A stretch of DNA of 64,000 bases from Candidatus Poribacteria bacterium (lineage in GTDB: Bacteria > Poribacteria > WGA-4E > PCPOR2b), in the NCBI GenBank assembly GCA_965198175.1, contig OZ240245.1:1728001-1792000 (forward strand), given 5' to 3'. The position numbers and the translations under genes were made by a program. Shown piece by piece: positions 29,047 through 38,265 of this stretch. The notes under the pieces are model-generated. The model was given only the letters and a program-made list of their open reading frames with translations. It was not told the origin of the DNA and made no database searches. How positions within the stretch are numbered: the first letter of the stretch is position 1; every line of letters begins with the position of its first letter.

Positions 29047-29433
29047 TCAGTCGCTGCGAGCAACCAGATAAACACCGATACAGATTACAATCGCCCCGAT
29101 GATTCGAGTCTTGGACACGGATTCTTTAAGAAATAACCACGACAGAAGAATTGATAAAACATAGCCGAGGCTAATCATTGGGTAGGCGACACTCAGTCTA
29201 ACGCGCGATAAGATGACAAGCCAAATCATCGTTGTAAATCCGTACACTGAAATTCCGCCAATGACGAATGGGTTCAAAAAGGCTTGGACCAGCTTAGGAA
29301 TAGTGTCTTTTAACGACTGAACCGGCCCCACGGCGATCATTCCTCGTTTGAGTAGCAGTTGACCGCCAACTGTTAATAACACATTAAAAACGAGTAGTAG
29401 GAAAATTCTAAAACTTAAACCGTTATTCATCAA
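29047..29433 (-). CDS. Small 4-TM EamA/SMR-type transporter (ArnE/ArnF-like flippase subunit)
   Basis: GQLLLK.G, LSVAYP..SL.YV; next to ArnC-like GT2. Confidence 0.85.
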   Translation of the reverse strand: MMNNGLSFRIFLLLVFNVLLTVGGQLLLKRGMIAVGPVQSLKDTIPKLVQAFLNPFVIGGISVYGFTTMIWLVILSRVRLSVAYPMISLGYVLSILLSWLFLKESVSKTRIIGAIVICIGVYLVARSD

Positions 29434-29452
29434 CGAGGCATATTCCTTCTCT

Positions 29453-30481
29453 TCAGATGATGTCGCGGATGACGTAAATTGGCTTTTTCTGGGATTCGTG
29501 ATAGGTCCTGATTATCAGTTCTCCTAGAAGTCCCATTGTGATGAACTGGACGCCTGTGAACAGAAGAAGCACACCAAAAATCAGCAATGGCATACGTTCA
29601 ATTAGGCTAAATCCACGCTCGCCTGCTGCCGCGTAAAGGTATGACAAAAAGCCTGATTGAACCCCTGCGGGAAAAAACAGCTTGCCGATTGAAAGATAGC
29701 CGCAAATGCCTATACCCGAAAGGAAGAAAATTAAGCCAACTAGACCAAAAATTTGGATTGGGCGAGTTGAATAACTCATTAGAAACTTAACTGTGATGAG
29801 ATCCAAAATGACCCGAATTGTGCGAGAGATACCATACTTCGATTTCCCGCGCGCCCGTGGACGATGTATCACCTTGACCTCCGCAATTTCAGCGCCGATC
29901 AGTTTCGCAAACGCGGGGATAAAGCGGTGCAGCTCCCCGTAAAGATTGATATTTTCGAGAACCTCACGCCGATAGGCTTTCAGGGTACAACCAAAATCGT
30001 GGAGATAAACACCCGTCATCCATGCGATAAGGCGATTTGCGAGGATTGATGGTAGGCGCCGCAGAACAAATCCGTCTTTTCGACTCGCTCTCCAGCCACT
30101 GACGATGTCGTAGCCTTCATCCAGTTTTTCAAGCAGCCGTTCTACGTCAAAAGGATCGTTCTGGAGATCGGCATCCATCGGGATAATCACTTTTCCACAC
30201 GCATAATCGAAACCTGCACTCATCGCGGCTGTCTGCCCGAAGTTTCGGCGAAAACGGATGGCGTGAATATTAGGGTGCATCTGTGCAACCTCTCGCAAAA
30301 TCTCAAAGCTGCAATCAGCACTTCCATCGTCGATGAAGATAATTTCATACGATTTCTTAAGTTTTACAAGCGCATCTGTTAGTCGATCGTAAAGCTCGTG
30401 GAGATTCTCCTCTTCATTGAAAACGGGAATGACAATCGAAAGGTCAACTTTTTCTCTATCGTTCTTTTGAGAATTGGACAT
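29453..30481 (-). CDS. GT2 polyprenol-phosphate glycosyltransferase (ArnC-like)
   Basis: IPVFNEE, DDGS, RNFGQ..A, DADLQNDP, C-terminal TM helices. Confidence 0.93.
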   Translation of the reverse strand: MSNSQKNDREKVDLSIVIPVFNEEENLHELYDRLTDALVKLKKSYEIIFIDDGSADCSFEILREVAQMHPNIHAIRFRRNFGQTAAMSAGFDYACGKVIIPMDADLQNDPFDVERLLEKLDEGYDIVSGWRASRKDGFVLRRLPSILANRLIAWMTGVYLHDFGCTLKAYRREVLENINLYGELHRFIPAFAKLIGAEIAEVKVIHRPRARGKSKYGISRTIRVILDLITVKFLMSYSTRPIQIFGLVGLIFFLSGIGICGYLSIGKLFFPAGVQSGFLSYLYAAAGERGFSLIERMPLLIFGVLLLFTGVQFITMGLLGELIIRTYHESQKKPIYVIRDII

Positions 30482-30769
30482 GTTGAAATCAATTTCCTAT
30501 ACGCTTAGCCTGAACTCCACCGGGGCTGCGCCATCTCTTGAGCAACAGCCGTTCGAGTGCGTTAAAGTCATCCACCTGTAAATAATAAAAATCTGAAATT
30601 TGTATGCGTGATTTTATGTTGATTATACAATAATTTTTCAACAAAGTAAATGGATTTGTTGAAGGCGATTGACGAAAACTTGATAGCCACAGCAGCCGTT
30701 GCAGTTGTTCAGACAATGGAAAGTGGTTGCGACATTTGAAATCTCCGATCGAATTCTGAAAAATGATAT

Positions 30770-30798
30770 TTGACATTTACGACAGTGTGGAATATAAT
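30770..30798 (+). promoter_or_regulatory. Consensus sigma70 promoter for iscU/iscA-like pair
   Basis: Exact TTGACA-17 bp-TATAAT; palindrome TTCAAGTT-GT-AACTTGAA at 30820-30837 just downstream. Confidence 0.75.
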
Positions 30799-30851
30799 TA
30801 TACTTACGCTATTGGTGCCTTCAAGTTGTAACTTGAAAACATTCAGATATT

Positions 30852-31229
30852 ATGTATACGCAACAGGTTATTGATCATTATGAAAATCCGCGCAATCTCG
30901 GCACGATTAAAGATGCTGATGGAGTGGGCATCGTAGGTACACCCGCTAATGGTGACATGATGAAGCTCACAATCAAAGTCTCCCAAAATCAAATTGTTGA
31001 CGCAAAATTCAGGACATTTGGTTGTGTTGCCGCGATTGCTGCGAATTCAGTGTTAACAGAACTCATCAAAGGGCTTTCAATCGAAGAAGCATTAAAAATT
31101 ACAGATTCGCAAGTCGAAGCGGTGCTGGGCAAGCTGCCACCGGATAAAATTCGATATATTGTTCTTACCGAAGAAGTGTTGAAGGTCGCAATTCATGACT
31201 ATGTTTCGCGCGCAAATGCGGAAGTTTAG
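30852..31229 (+). CDS. IscU/NifU-N-like scaffold protein with degenerate ligands
   Basis: Y...VIDHYENPRN.G, GD.M, KF.TFGC.AAIA, LPPDK; only one Cys. Confidence 0.85.
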   Translation: MYTQQVIDHYENPRNLGTIKDADGVGIVGTPANGDMMKLTIKVSQNQIVDAKFRTFGCVAAIAANSVLTELIKGLSIEEALKITDSQVEAVLGKLPPDKIRYIVLTEEVLKVAIHDYVSRANAEV

Positions 31230-31237
31230 AAAGGAGG

Positions 31238-31588
31238 ATGACTTGTATGATCTCTGTGACGGAATCTGCCGCCAAAAAAACGCGCTCATTGCTAGAAAAG
31301 GCAAAAACGGAAGAAGAATACGACGCTGAGAAAGAATATGGCTTGCGTATGAAGGTTGTTGGTGGGGGGTGTTCCGGTTTTCAGTACGAGCTTGGATTCG
31401 ACGAGCCACGAAGTGGTGACAAAGTCTTTGAACATCACGGGGTAAAAATATTTCTGGATCCACGCAGTACGCTCTACCTCGCTGGTTCAACGCTAGACTA
31501 CGCAGACGGCTTAATGGAATCGGGTTTCAAAATTACCAACCCCAATGCGAAGTCCACATGTGGTTGCGGAGAGTCTTTCAGCGTCTAA
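31238..31588 (+). CDS. A-type Fe-S carrier (IscA/ErpA/HesB family)
   Basis: GGGCSGFQY and NPNAKSTCGCGESF. Confidence 0.95.
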   Translation: MTCMISVTESAAKKTRSLLEKAKTEEEYDAEKEYGLRMKVVGGGCSGFQYELGFDEPRSGDKVFEHHGVKIFLDPRSTLYLAGSTLDYADGLMESGFKITNPNAKSTCGCGESFSV

Positions 31589-31611
31589 GTTCGTTTTAAT
31601 GAAAAATATCG

Positions 31612-31648
31612 GGCAGGAGGTTCAAATTGAGCCTCCTGCCTTTTTTTT
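31612..31648 (+). terminator. Intrinsic terminator
   Basis: GGCAGGAGGTTCAA...TTGAGCCTCCTGCC hairpin followed by a T8 run. Confidence 0.85.
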
Positions 31649-31892
31649 ACCTGGAAATTTTGGTTAGATGTCGCATCTCATTTTTCATACGCTTCACTTT
31701 GGAGATTTTTTCCGAAATGACAAGCGATTTTCATCATATTACTAGAAAAAGGATTCATGTAAAGGAGAATCAATCTTCGCTTGAGTTTAGGCGGCATGAA
31801 GTTTGGGCGCACAAATGTCGATTGGTTCTCAATACGTCGCACACCATGGTTGATTGACATCTTTGCCAAGGAACGGTAAGCACTTGTCCCGA

Positions 31893-32315
31893 TCATTGCA
31901 TGTGCTGCCTAATTTTGTCTGCTGCTTCCACAATCTGATTCATATCGCCTTGTTGGGGCCGCCATGGCAGAACGAGCGAATCGTCTTCCCAACGCGGGAT
32001 GAGGTGTAGGTGAAAGTGGAAAACCGTTTGGAATGCTGCTGACTCGCTGGATTGCAACAAATTCAGCCCATCCGGATTCAAGGCAGTTTGGATGGCGCTG
32101 GCAAGCTGCGTTCCTACCTGCATAATCTTGCTAGCAATCTCTGCGTCAATGTCAAAAATATTTCGGTAATGCTGTTTCGGAATGACAAGGAGATGTCCCG
32201 GATTCGCCGGGTTGATATCCATAAAAGCGAGAATCTGGTCTTCTTCGTAGACCTTCGTTGCCGGTACGATATCGTCGGCTATTGCGCAAAAAATGCAGTC
32301 CATAATTTGCCTCAT
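31893..32315 (-). CDS. HIT family nucleotide hydrolase
   Basis: CIFC, DINP...GHLLVIPK, HFHLHLIPR. Confidence 0.95.
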   Translation of the reverse strand: MRQIMDCIFCAIADDIVPATKVYEEDQILAFMDINPANPGHLLVIPKQHYRNIFDIDAEIASKIMQVGTQLASAIQTALNPDGLNLLQSSESAAFQTVFHFHLHLIPRWEDDSLVLPWRPQQGDMNQIVEAADKIRQHMQ

Positions 32316-32473
32316 TTCATGTTGGTGTACTGTAGTAAAGGCGAAGCGTACTTGCCCTCTTCTTACTACTATTCAGTTTAACAAACTTCACTCATGAGAT
32401 CAAGCTGCTTTTGAATTTTTGTGGGAATCACAACAATTAGACTCAATTGGTGAGGAGGGTCAACAAGCCAATA

Positions 32474-32502
32474 TTGCAAACGTCTGCGCGCAGTGGTATA
32501 AT
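32474..32502 (+). promoter_or_regulatory. Sigma70-type promoter
   Basis: TTGCAA-17 bp-TATAAT upstream of the cytochrome c gene. Confidence 0.6.
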
Positions 32503-32564
32503 ACAGCAAAGTTCGAAGTTTTTTTAGTTGGCTCACAGAATATTCCGAGAAAAGGATTGAGAGG

Positions 32565-33128
32565 ATGAACAAAAAACAGTGGTTCTTCGGAACAACTATT
32601 TTTTCAGCATTTACGCTGATGATACTTATTTTTAATCACGCACAAAGCCAAAGTGACATGGTCAAGCGCGGAAAATATCTAGTGGATGCGGTTGGTGCTT
32701 GTGGTCAGTGCCATACACCACGTGCAGGAGCCGAACCTGACATGAGTATGTATCTCGCAGGACATCCCGCAAATGCATCATACCCAAAGTACGATATTAG
32801 CTTGATACAACAGGATATTTTCATGGTAAGTGCACCAACACTTGCTGCATTTTCTTTCCCCTTTGGAACAACCTTTGCCGCGAATCTGACGCCTGATAAA
32901 GAAACAGGGCTCGGTGACTGGACAGAAAATATGTTCATTAATGCAATGCGGACCGGACATCATCAAGGTGACAAACGTAATCGAAGCATCCTCCCACCGA
33001 TGCCCAAGGACGCGTATGCAAATATGAGCGATGCCGATCTTAAGGCGATGTGGGTTTATCTGAAAACAACTAAACCTGTTAAGAATGAAGTCCCGGCGGC
33101 TCTCAATCGGATGGGCAGACCCTTCTAG
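32565..33128 (+). CDS. Secreted c-type cytochrome
   Basis: Signal peptide, CGQCH haem motif, NLTPD.ETGLG.W, PPMP. Confidence 0.9.
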   Translation: MNKKQWFFGTTIFSAFTLMILIFNHAQSQSDMVKRGKYLVDAVGACGQCHTPRAGAEPDMSMYLAGHPANASYPKYDISLIQQDIFMVSAPTLAAFSFPFGTTFAANLTPDKETGLGDWTENMFINAMRTGHHQGDKRNRSILPPMPKDAYANMSDADLKAMWVYLKTTKPVKNEVPAALNRMGRPF

Positions 33129-33418
33129 ACGCCAAGTCGGAAACGAAACAACGATTCCTCATCTATCAACATTCGTCAGTCAGTTCCTCCACAGCGAATT
33201 CATGTAATGAAGCACATTACCGACATGGGTGTTCTTGACATGGTTCATGTTGTATTCAGAACCGGTTTAGCCTTCAGCGAAACGAAGGGCGCGTTGACAT
33301 CGTTAATGCCTAACACTAGAAAGTCATTTTGCTGGTATCATGGAATTGTCGATTTATCTTCAGGGATGCTTGATACGATATGACACCGGCGGATTAGATT
33401 ACACAAGGAGGCTGTACG

Positions 33419-34678
33419 ATGGATAGATTCGTCATCAACGGTGGCAAACGACTTGAAGGCACGGTATCCGTTAGCGGTTCAAAAAACGCAACGCTTCCCA
33501 TTGCCATTGCTGCAGCAATTTTAGCAGATGGGGCAAGCGTCATCCACAATGTTCCTAATCTCAGGGACGTTGAGACGTTATGCGGTGTCCTTGAAACGCT
33601 AGGAGCGACGACGAAGTACAAGAATGCCACACTCTATATCAAACCGATAGATCGTATTGCTTATGAGGCGCCTTATGATTTAGTTCGGAAGATGCGCGCA
33701 TCTATCTATGTTTTGGGGCCCCTCGTCGCGCGACTGGGTAAGGCAAAAGTCGCCTTCCCTGGAGGCTGCTCGATTGGTCCGCGCCCCATTGATTTGCACT
33801 TGAAAGGGCTAGAGTACTTAGGGGCTAGAACAAAAATCGAAGGTGGTTACCTCACTACAGAAGCGAATCGATTGATTGGCACACAAATGGATTTGAGAGG
33901 AAGATATGGGCCAAGCGTTGGTGCAACAGCGAATGTCATGATGGCTGCTACCTTAGCGAAGGGTACAACAATCATCCGCAACGCGGCCCGTGAACCACAT
34001 ATCGTCGATCTCGCAAAGTTCCTTAATGCGCTGGGAGCAGAGATTTACGGCATTGGAACGCCAGTTCTGAAAATACATGGTGTCAGGCAATTACGCGGGA
34101 CTGAATATACCGTCATTTCAGACGACATTGAGACAGGCACATTCATGGTGGCAGGTGCAATCACGAAGGGAGATGTCTTTGTGAAGAATGCCCTCCCTGT
34201 ACACCTTGGTGCAGTATCCGACAAGCTACTTGAAGCAGGCGTTCAACTGGATTGGGAAGAAGGTGGAGTTCGTGTGACAACGCCACGCCAATTAAACGCT
34301 GTCGATGTTCGTACTGAGGCGTTTCCAGGTTTTCCGACCGACATGCAAGCACAGATAATAGGACTTCTAAGTGTTACTCATGGAATCAGCACAGTTACGG
34401 AAACTATTCATACAGATCGATTCATGCATGTCAGTGAACTCAACCGCATGGGAGCCAATATTGACATTGAGGGGAACCACGCCGTAATTCGCGGCGTCCC
34501 TAAACTCAGTGGAGCGCCTGTTATGGCATCAGATCTCCGGGCCGGGGCAGTTTTGGTGCTCGCGGGTATGGTGGCGGAAGGTGAGACGGTTGTAGCCCGC
34601 GTGTACCACATCGATCGGGGATATGAATCCATCGAAAGGAAACTAGCTGGTGTTGGTGCAGATATTGTCAGACTGTAG
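33419..34678 (+). CDS. murA: UDP-N-acetylglucosamine 1-carboxyvinyltransferase
   Basis: SGSKNA, RKMRAS, PGGCSIGPRP, FPGFPTD, DLRAG, HIDRGY. Confidence 0.97.
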   Translation: MDRFVINGGKRLEGTVSVSGSKNATLPIAIAAAILADGASVIHNVPNLRDVETLCGVLETLGATTKYKNATLYIKPIDRIAYEAPYDLVRKMRASIYVLGPLVARLGKAKVAFPGGCSIGPRPIDLHLKGLEYLGARTKIEGGYLTTEANRLIGTQMDLRGRYGPSVGATANVMMAATLAKGTTIIRNAAREPHIVDLAKFLNALGAEIYGIGTPVLKIHGVRQLRGTEYTVISDDIETGTFMVAGAITKGDVFVKNALPVHLGAVSDKLLEAGVQLDWEEGGVRVTTPRQLNAVDVRTEAFPGFPTDMQAQIIGLLSVTHGISTVTETIHTDRFMHVSELNRMGANIDIEGNHAVIRGVPKLSGAPVMASDLRAGAVLVLAGMVAEGETVVARVYHIDRGYESIERKLAGVGADIVRL

Positions 34679-34739
34679 AACTTAGGTGTATTGTCCGCAC
34701 TAGCAACCAACAATTATTCATTGTCAATCTTTTTTGCTG

Positions 34740-34768
34740 TTGACAAAGCTCGTGTTAGCCTGTATACT
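34740..34768 (+). promoter_or_regulatory. Sigma70-type promoter
   Basis: TTGACA-17 bp-TATACT. Confidence 0.7.
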
Positions 34769-34861
34769 AGAGGATATTATCAATTGAATTTAGCCTCTTG
34801 TATCACTAGGTGACTTTGCATTGGGTGATTTTTAAACCTTAATTGTTCAGGAGAAAAACGC

Positions 34862-35785
34862 ATGAGGAAATTCAGAAATATCACAACAGTTGTTGCTTTG
34901 ACATTTGTGGCTGCATGGATATCCGGCTGCTCGGGTTGCGCTCCTCCACCTGAACCTCAAAGTATGAGCCCAACGGAAGGGCCGGAGACAGGTGGGACAA
35001 CGGTCAGGATCTCAGGCGACAAGTTTGACATGAAGAAGGGTATGATTGTGACATTCGATGGGAAAGCGGGCACAAATGTGAATGTTCCAAGCAAAACTGA
35101 AATTACGGCGGTAACGCCAGCGGGAGCAGCGGGGCAATCTGCTGAAGTCGTTGTAATAAATAACAGTAAACCCGATCAGCCTGTGACATTGGGTCAGAAA
35201 TTCATGTACACGGATGCTACTCCGCCAAGAGTTACTACGACAGAACCCTCTGATGGCGAAACAATATCTGAGTATGAAGATTCTCTCAATGTAAGAGGTA
35301 CTGTGTCGATTGCCTTTGACGAAAACGTTGATAGTCAATCAGGGTCTATAGCAGTTCAAGTTGATTCAACCCCGGATTCAATGAGTCAGGAATCCGGTGC
35401 GGTCTCGGGAAGTATCGGCGGATCCGAAAATTTGATAACATTTACTTCGGATGCACCAATGCGGGCCGGGCGGCAATACAGTGTTACTGTGTCCGGTGTC
35501 ACAGATATGTCCGGCAACGCTCTTGCTGAACCTTACACTTTTAGTTTCACCATTACTTCCCCAGACAAGGTCAGCCGATACAGTGTTCGTAAAGGTGAAA
35601 CCCTTGCAGTGGTTGCTGCTCGCCCAGAGGTTTACGACAACGCCAATCTCTGGTCAAGACTGGTTGAAGCCAATCAAGATGATTACGATTTTGACCGCGA
35701 TCGAATTTATGAAGGACAATGGTTATGGGTACCCCGCGGAGAAGCATGGGGAGATAAACCGGAGGTTGCCACAACGGGCCAGTAG
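34862..35785 (+). CDS. Lipoprotein with IPT/TIG, Ig-like (Big_5) and LysM-like domains
   Basis: Lipobox ISGC; SP..GP..GGT.V.I.G; D.TPP.V....P...FDE; YSVRKGETL...IYEGQWLWVP. Confidence 0.82.
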   Translation: MRKFRNITTVVALTFVAAWISGCSGCAPPPEPQSMSPTEGPETGGTTVRISGDKFDMKKGMIVTFDGKAGTNVNVPSKTEITAVTPAGAAGQSAEVVVINNSKPDQPVTLGQKFMYTDATPPRVTTTEPSDGETISEYEDSLNVRGTVSIAFDENVDSQSGSIAVQVDSTPDSMSQESGAVSGSIGGSENLITFTSDAPMRAGRQYSVTVSGVTDMSGNALAEPYTFSFTITSPDKVSRYSVRKGETLAVVAARPEVYDNANLWSRLVEANQDDYDFDRDRIYEGQWLWVPRGEAWGDKPEVATTGQ

Positions 35786-35936
35786 TTAGCAGCCCATATG
35801 CTTTAAGCAATAGTCTTGACTTTAGCATTCGTTTATGCGAGTTTCAGATTGCTTTCAGTCGAGGGAATCGAGTAAATTTTTTCGAACATTTTTCGAACAT
35901 TTAGTGATAGTTAAGAAATTCCAACCGAAATTTTTA

Positions 35937-35965
35937 TTGCAAAATTTTCTGAAATGTGCTATACT
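35937..35965 (+). promoter_or_regulatory. Sigma70-type promoter for dprA
   Basis: TTGCAA-17 bp-TATACT with extended TG. Confidence 0.55.
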
Positions 35966-36079
35966 TGCGCCATTCTCGCTAGGAGAAGGGCAAAAGCTGC
36001 TGTTTGTTTTGTATTGAATTTCAGTCTGACATGTCTTAACTTGCAGTTAGGGTATGGTGGGGCTGGAATAAATCATTAT

Positions 36080-37003
36080 ATGTCCGGAAGAGAATTTTGG
36101 CTCGCGCTTGCATCAGTCGAGGGCGTTGGTCCAATGCGAATCAAGCGGTTACTAGATCGCTTTGGGACCATTGATAGCGTCTTTGAAGCTGATCTCCCCG
36201 AAATTGCGCGGCTTCCACTTTTTAATCCTTTGTTGGCAGCACGGATTTTGAAAGCAGGAATACGGATTGCTGAATTTCGCTGCCACATCAAATGGCTCCA
36301 AAATCGTGGTATTAAGGTTCTTTGCTTGGCGGATGATAAATATCCTGAAAAACTCAAGAGGATTCCGGACGCACCGGCTATCCTTTGCCAAAAGGGTAAC
36401 CCCGCGCAAGTGAGCCAACAGGCTGTAGCCATTGTTGGTACGACGACTCCCACTGAGTCGGGCATTCTAACAACGCTTGAGATTTCAACATTGCTCGTTG
36501 AAGCAGGATTCATCATTGTCAGTGGACTTGCTAAGGGTATTGATACATCCGCTCATTTAGGGGCACTTTCAGCAAACGCAGTGACTATTGGTGTTCTTGG
36601 GTGCGGTCTGTTCTCGATCTACCCAACCGAAAACGGCGAACTCGCAAACCAGATTTGTAAGAACGGCGCGTTATTTTCCGAACACCCTTTTACGACATTG
36701 CCGACACCCACAAATCTGATTTTGCGGAATCGGATTATTAGTGGGCTTTCAATTGCAACAATTGTCATTGAATCAAGTGAACACGGTGGTGCAATTCATG
36801 CAGCAGAATCTGCATGGCAACAAAATCGCCTTGTGTTCGCTTTTGATTGGGGACAATCCCATCAGCTGAGTTGGGGCACACGTCGTTTGATTCGGCGTGG
36901 AGCTTATCCGATTGGTCCCAATCAATTGAGTGAGTGTGTTGATGCTTTATGCCTGAAAACTCAACACGCGTATGTAACGGATCAGCAGATGGAGCTATTC
37001 TAA
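36080..37003 (+). CDS. dprA: DNA processing protein DprA
   Basis: AIVGT, VSGLAKGID..AH, RNRIISGLS, GG...A. Confidence 0.93.
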   Translation: MSGREFWLALASVEGVGPMRIKRLLDRFGTIDSVFEADLPEIARLPLFNPLLAARILKAGIRIAEFRCHIKWLQNRGIKVLCLADDKYPEKLKRIPDAPAILCQKGNPAQVSQQAVAIVGTTTPTESGILTTLEISTLLVEAGFIIVSGLAKGIDTSAHLGALSANAVTIGVLGCGLFSIYPTENGELANQICKNGALFSEHPFTTLPTPTNLILRNRIISGLSIATIVIESSEHGGAIHAAESAWQQNRLVFAFDWGQSHQLSWGTRRLIRRGAYPIGPNQLSECVDALCLKTQHAYVTDQQMELF

Positions 37004-37388
37004 CAGCTATCCACCTGCATGGTGAAAGAACCTTAATCGCCAATCCAAAAATTAACCGCTAGATGACCAAATTTTTTCAAATTATGTGAAGATTTTTCTT
37101 TACAAAAATTGCAAAATTTGGTAGACTATAACCCACGTTTCAGGAGAAGCAAGACTAAAGAGCGTTTGTCAGGTTGAAATGCTCTCATCTCATTTCAAAC
37201 AACCATTGAGTATCAATATGAAATGGTTGTTAAGGACGAAGGCGTTTCCGGCAGCGTTCTAAAGATTCTTGTTAACTATCTTCCCGCTAGGGAATACAAA
37301 GAATTTGATGTTGAAAACTGTATCAGGTTGCAAAAATTTGACACAGTCATTTTATTGTTCCTTAAATTTCCTATGAAGGAGTAGACAA

Positions 37389-38090
37389 ATGCAAAAACTG
37401 TTGAGAACCTTAGCTGTTATAATGGCTGCAATGCTAGTTGTTTTTATGGTCGGTTGTGGTGGCGATGAGGGAGGTGAGGAGGAAGGTGAGGATGGAGATG
37501 TAGCCCCGCCTTCGGCGACGACCGCTAGTACTTCCCCCGCAGCAGGTAGTGAAGTTGCTCCGAATGCGACCCTCACAATTACGCTTGATGAAGCGGTTGA
37601 CGGTGTGACGGTGAACGGTACGGCTGCTACGGGTTCGGGGAAAACTTGGACCCTTAATCTTGCGGGTCTTAATTTGCCCGCGGGGAGTGCAACTCTGAAT
37701 ATTGGCTGGACAAACAAAGATGGCAGCGCCGGTGCAGGAGCGAGTGCCGCCTTAACCATACAAGCCGAGGCAGACACGACAGCACCTAGCATTGATAGCA
37801 GTTCGGTGAGTAATAATGACAAAGATGTCGACCCGGCAGGGCTGAATACGGATGGCATCTCAATTACGTTCAGCGAAGATGTCAAAGCAGGCGATATCTC
37901 AATCTCAATCGAGGGTGGAGATGCGCTCAATTGGTTGGATGAATGGAGTGCGAACTCCGTAAAAATTGTTCCTGCAAAAGGTGCAGAACTCGGCAACGAA
38001 ACAACGTATGAAATTAAAGTTTCGACCGAGGACGGAGCCGGGAATAAAGTGGATGCAACAATTTCATTCACAACCAAAGGCAAAGAATAA
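37389..38090 (+). CDS. Lipoprotein with acidic linker and two Ig-like (Big_5-type) domains
   Basis: Lipobox MVGC, GGDEGGEEEGEDGD linker, DTTAPSI...ITFSE, D.AGN; AAGGAG RBS. Confidence 0.85.
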   Translation: MQKLLRTLAVIMAAMLVVFMVGCGGDEGGEEEGEDGDVAPPSATTASTSPAAGSEVAPNATLTITLDEAVDGVTVNGTAATGSGKTWTLNLAGLNLPAGSATLNIGWTNKDGSAGAGASAALTIQAEADTTAPSIDSSSVSNNDKDVDPAGLNTDGISITFSEDVKAGDISISIEGGDALNWLDEWSANSVKIVPAKGAELGNETTYEIKVSTEDGAGNKVDATISFTTKGKE

Positions 38091-38127
38091 TTGCAGTTTA
38101 TATTTTACGCTGTAAGGTTCCAATATG

Positions 38128-38168
38128 CAAAAAAGGACAATATGTATACGACATATTGTCCTTTTTTG
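38128..38168. terminator. Bidirectional intrinsic terminator
   Basis: CAAAAAAGGACAATATGT-ATACG-ACATATTGTCCTTTTTTG perfect inverted repeat. Confidence 0.8.
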
Positions 38169-38265
38169 TTTTTCATACCGTTCGCCAAAGATAGACGATT
38201 TTGATTGGGAATGTTGGTTGGTGAACCATTGATCTCGCGTGACGTGAAGGAAATTCATATTTGCC

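Noticed and set aside
37352..38083. 243-aa minus-strand ORF
   Set aside because: Antisense shadow of the Big_5 lipoprotein, which has the RBS, lipobox and terminator
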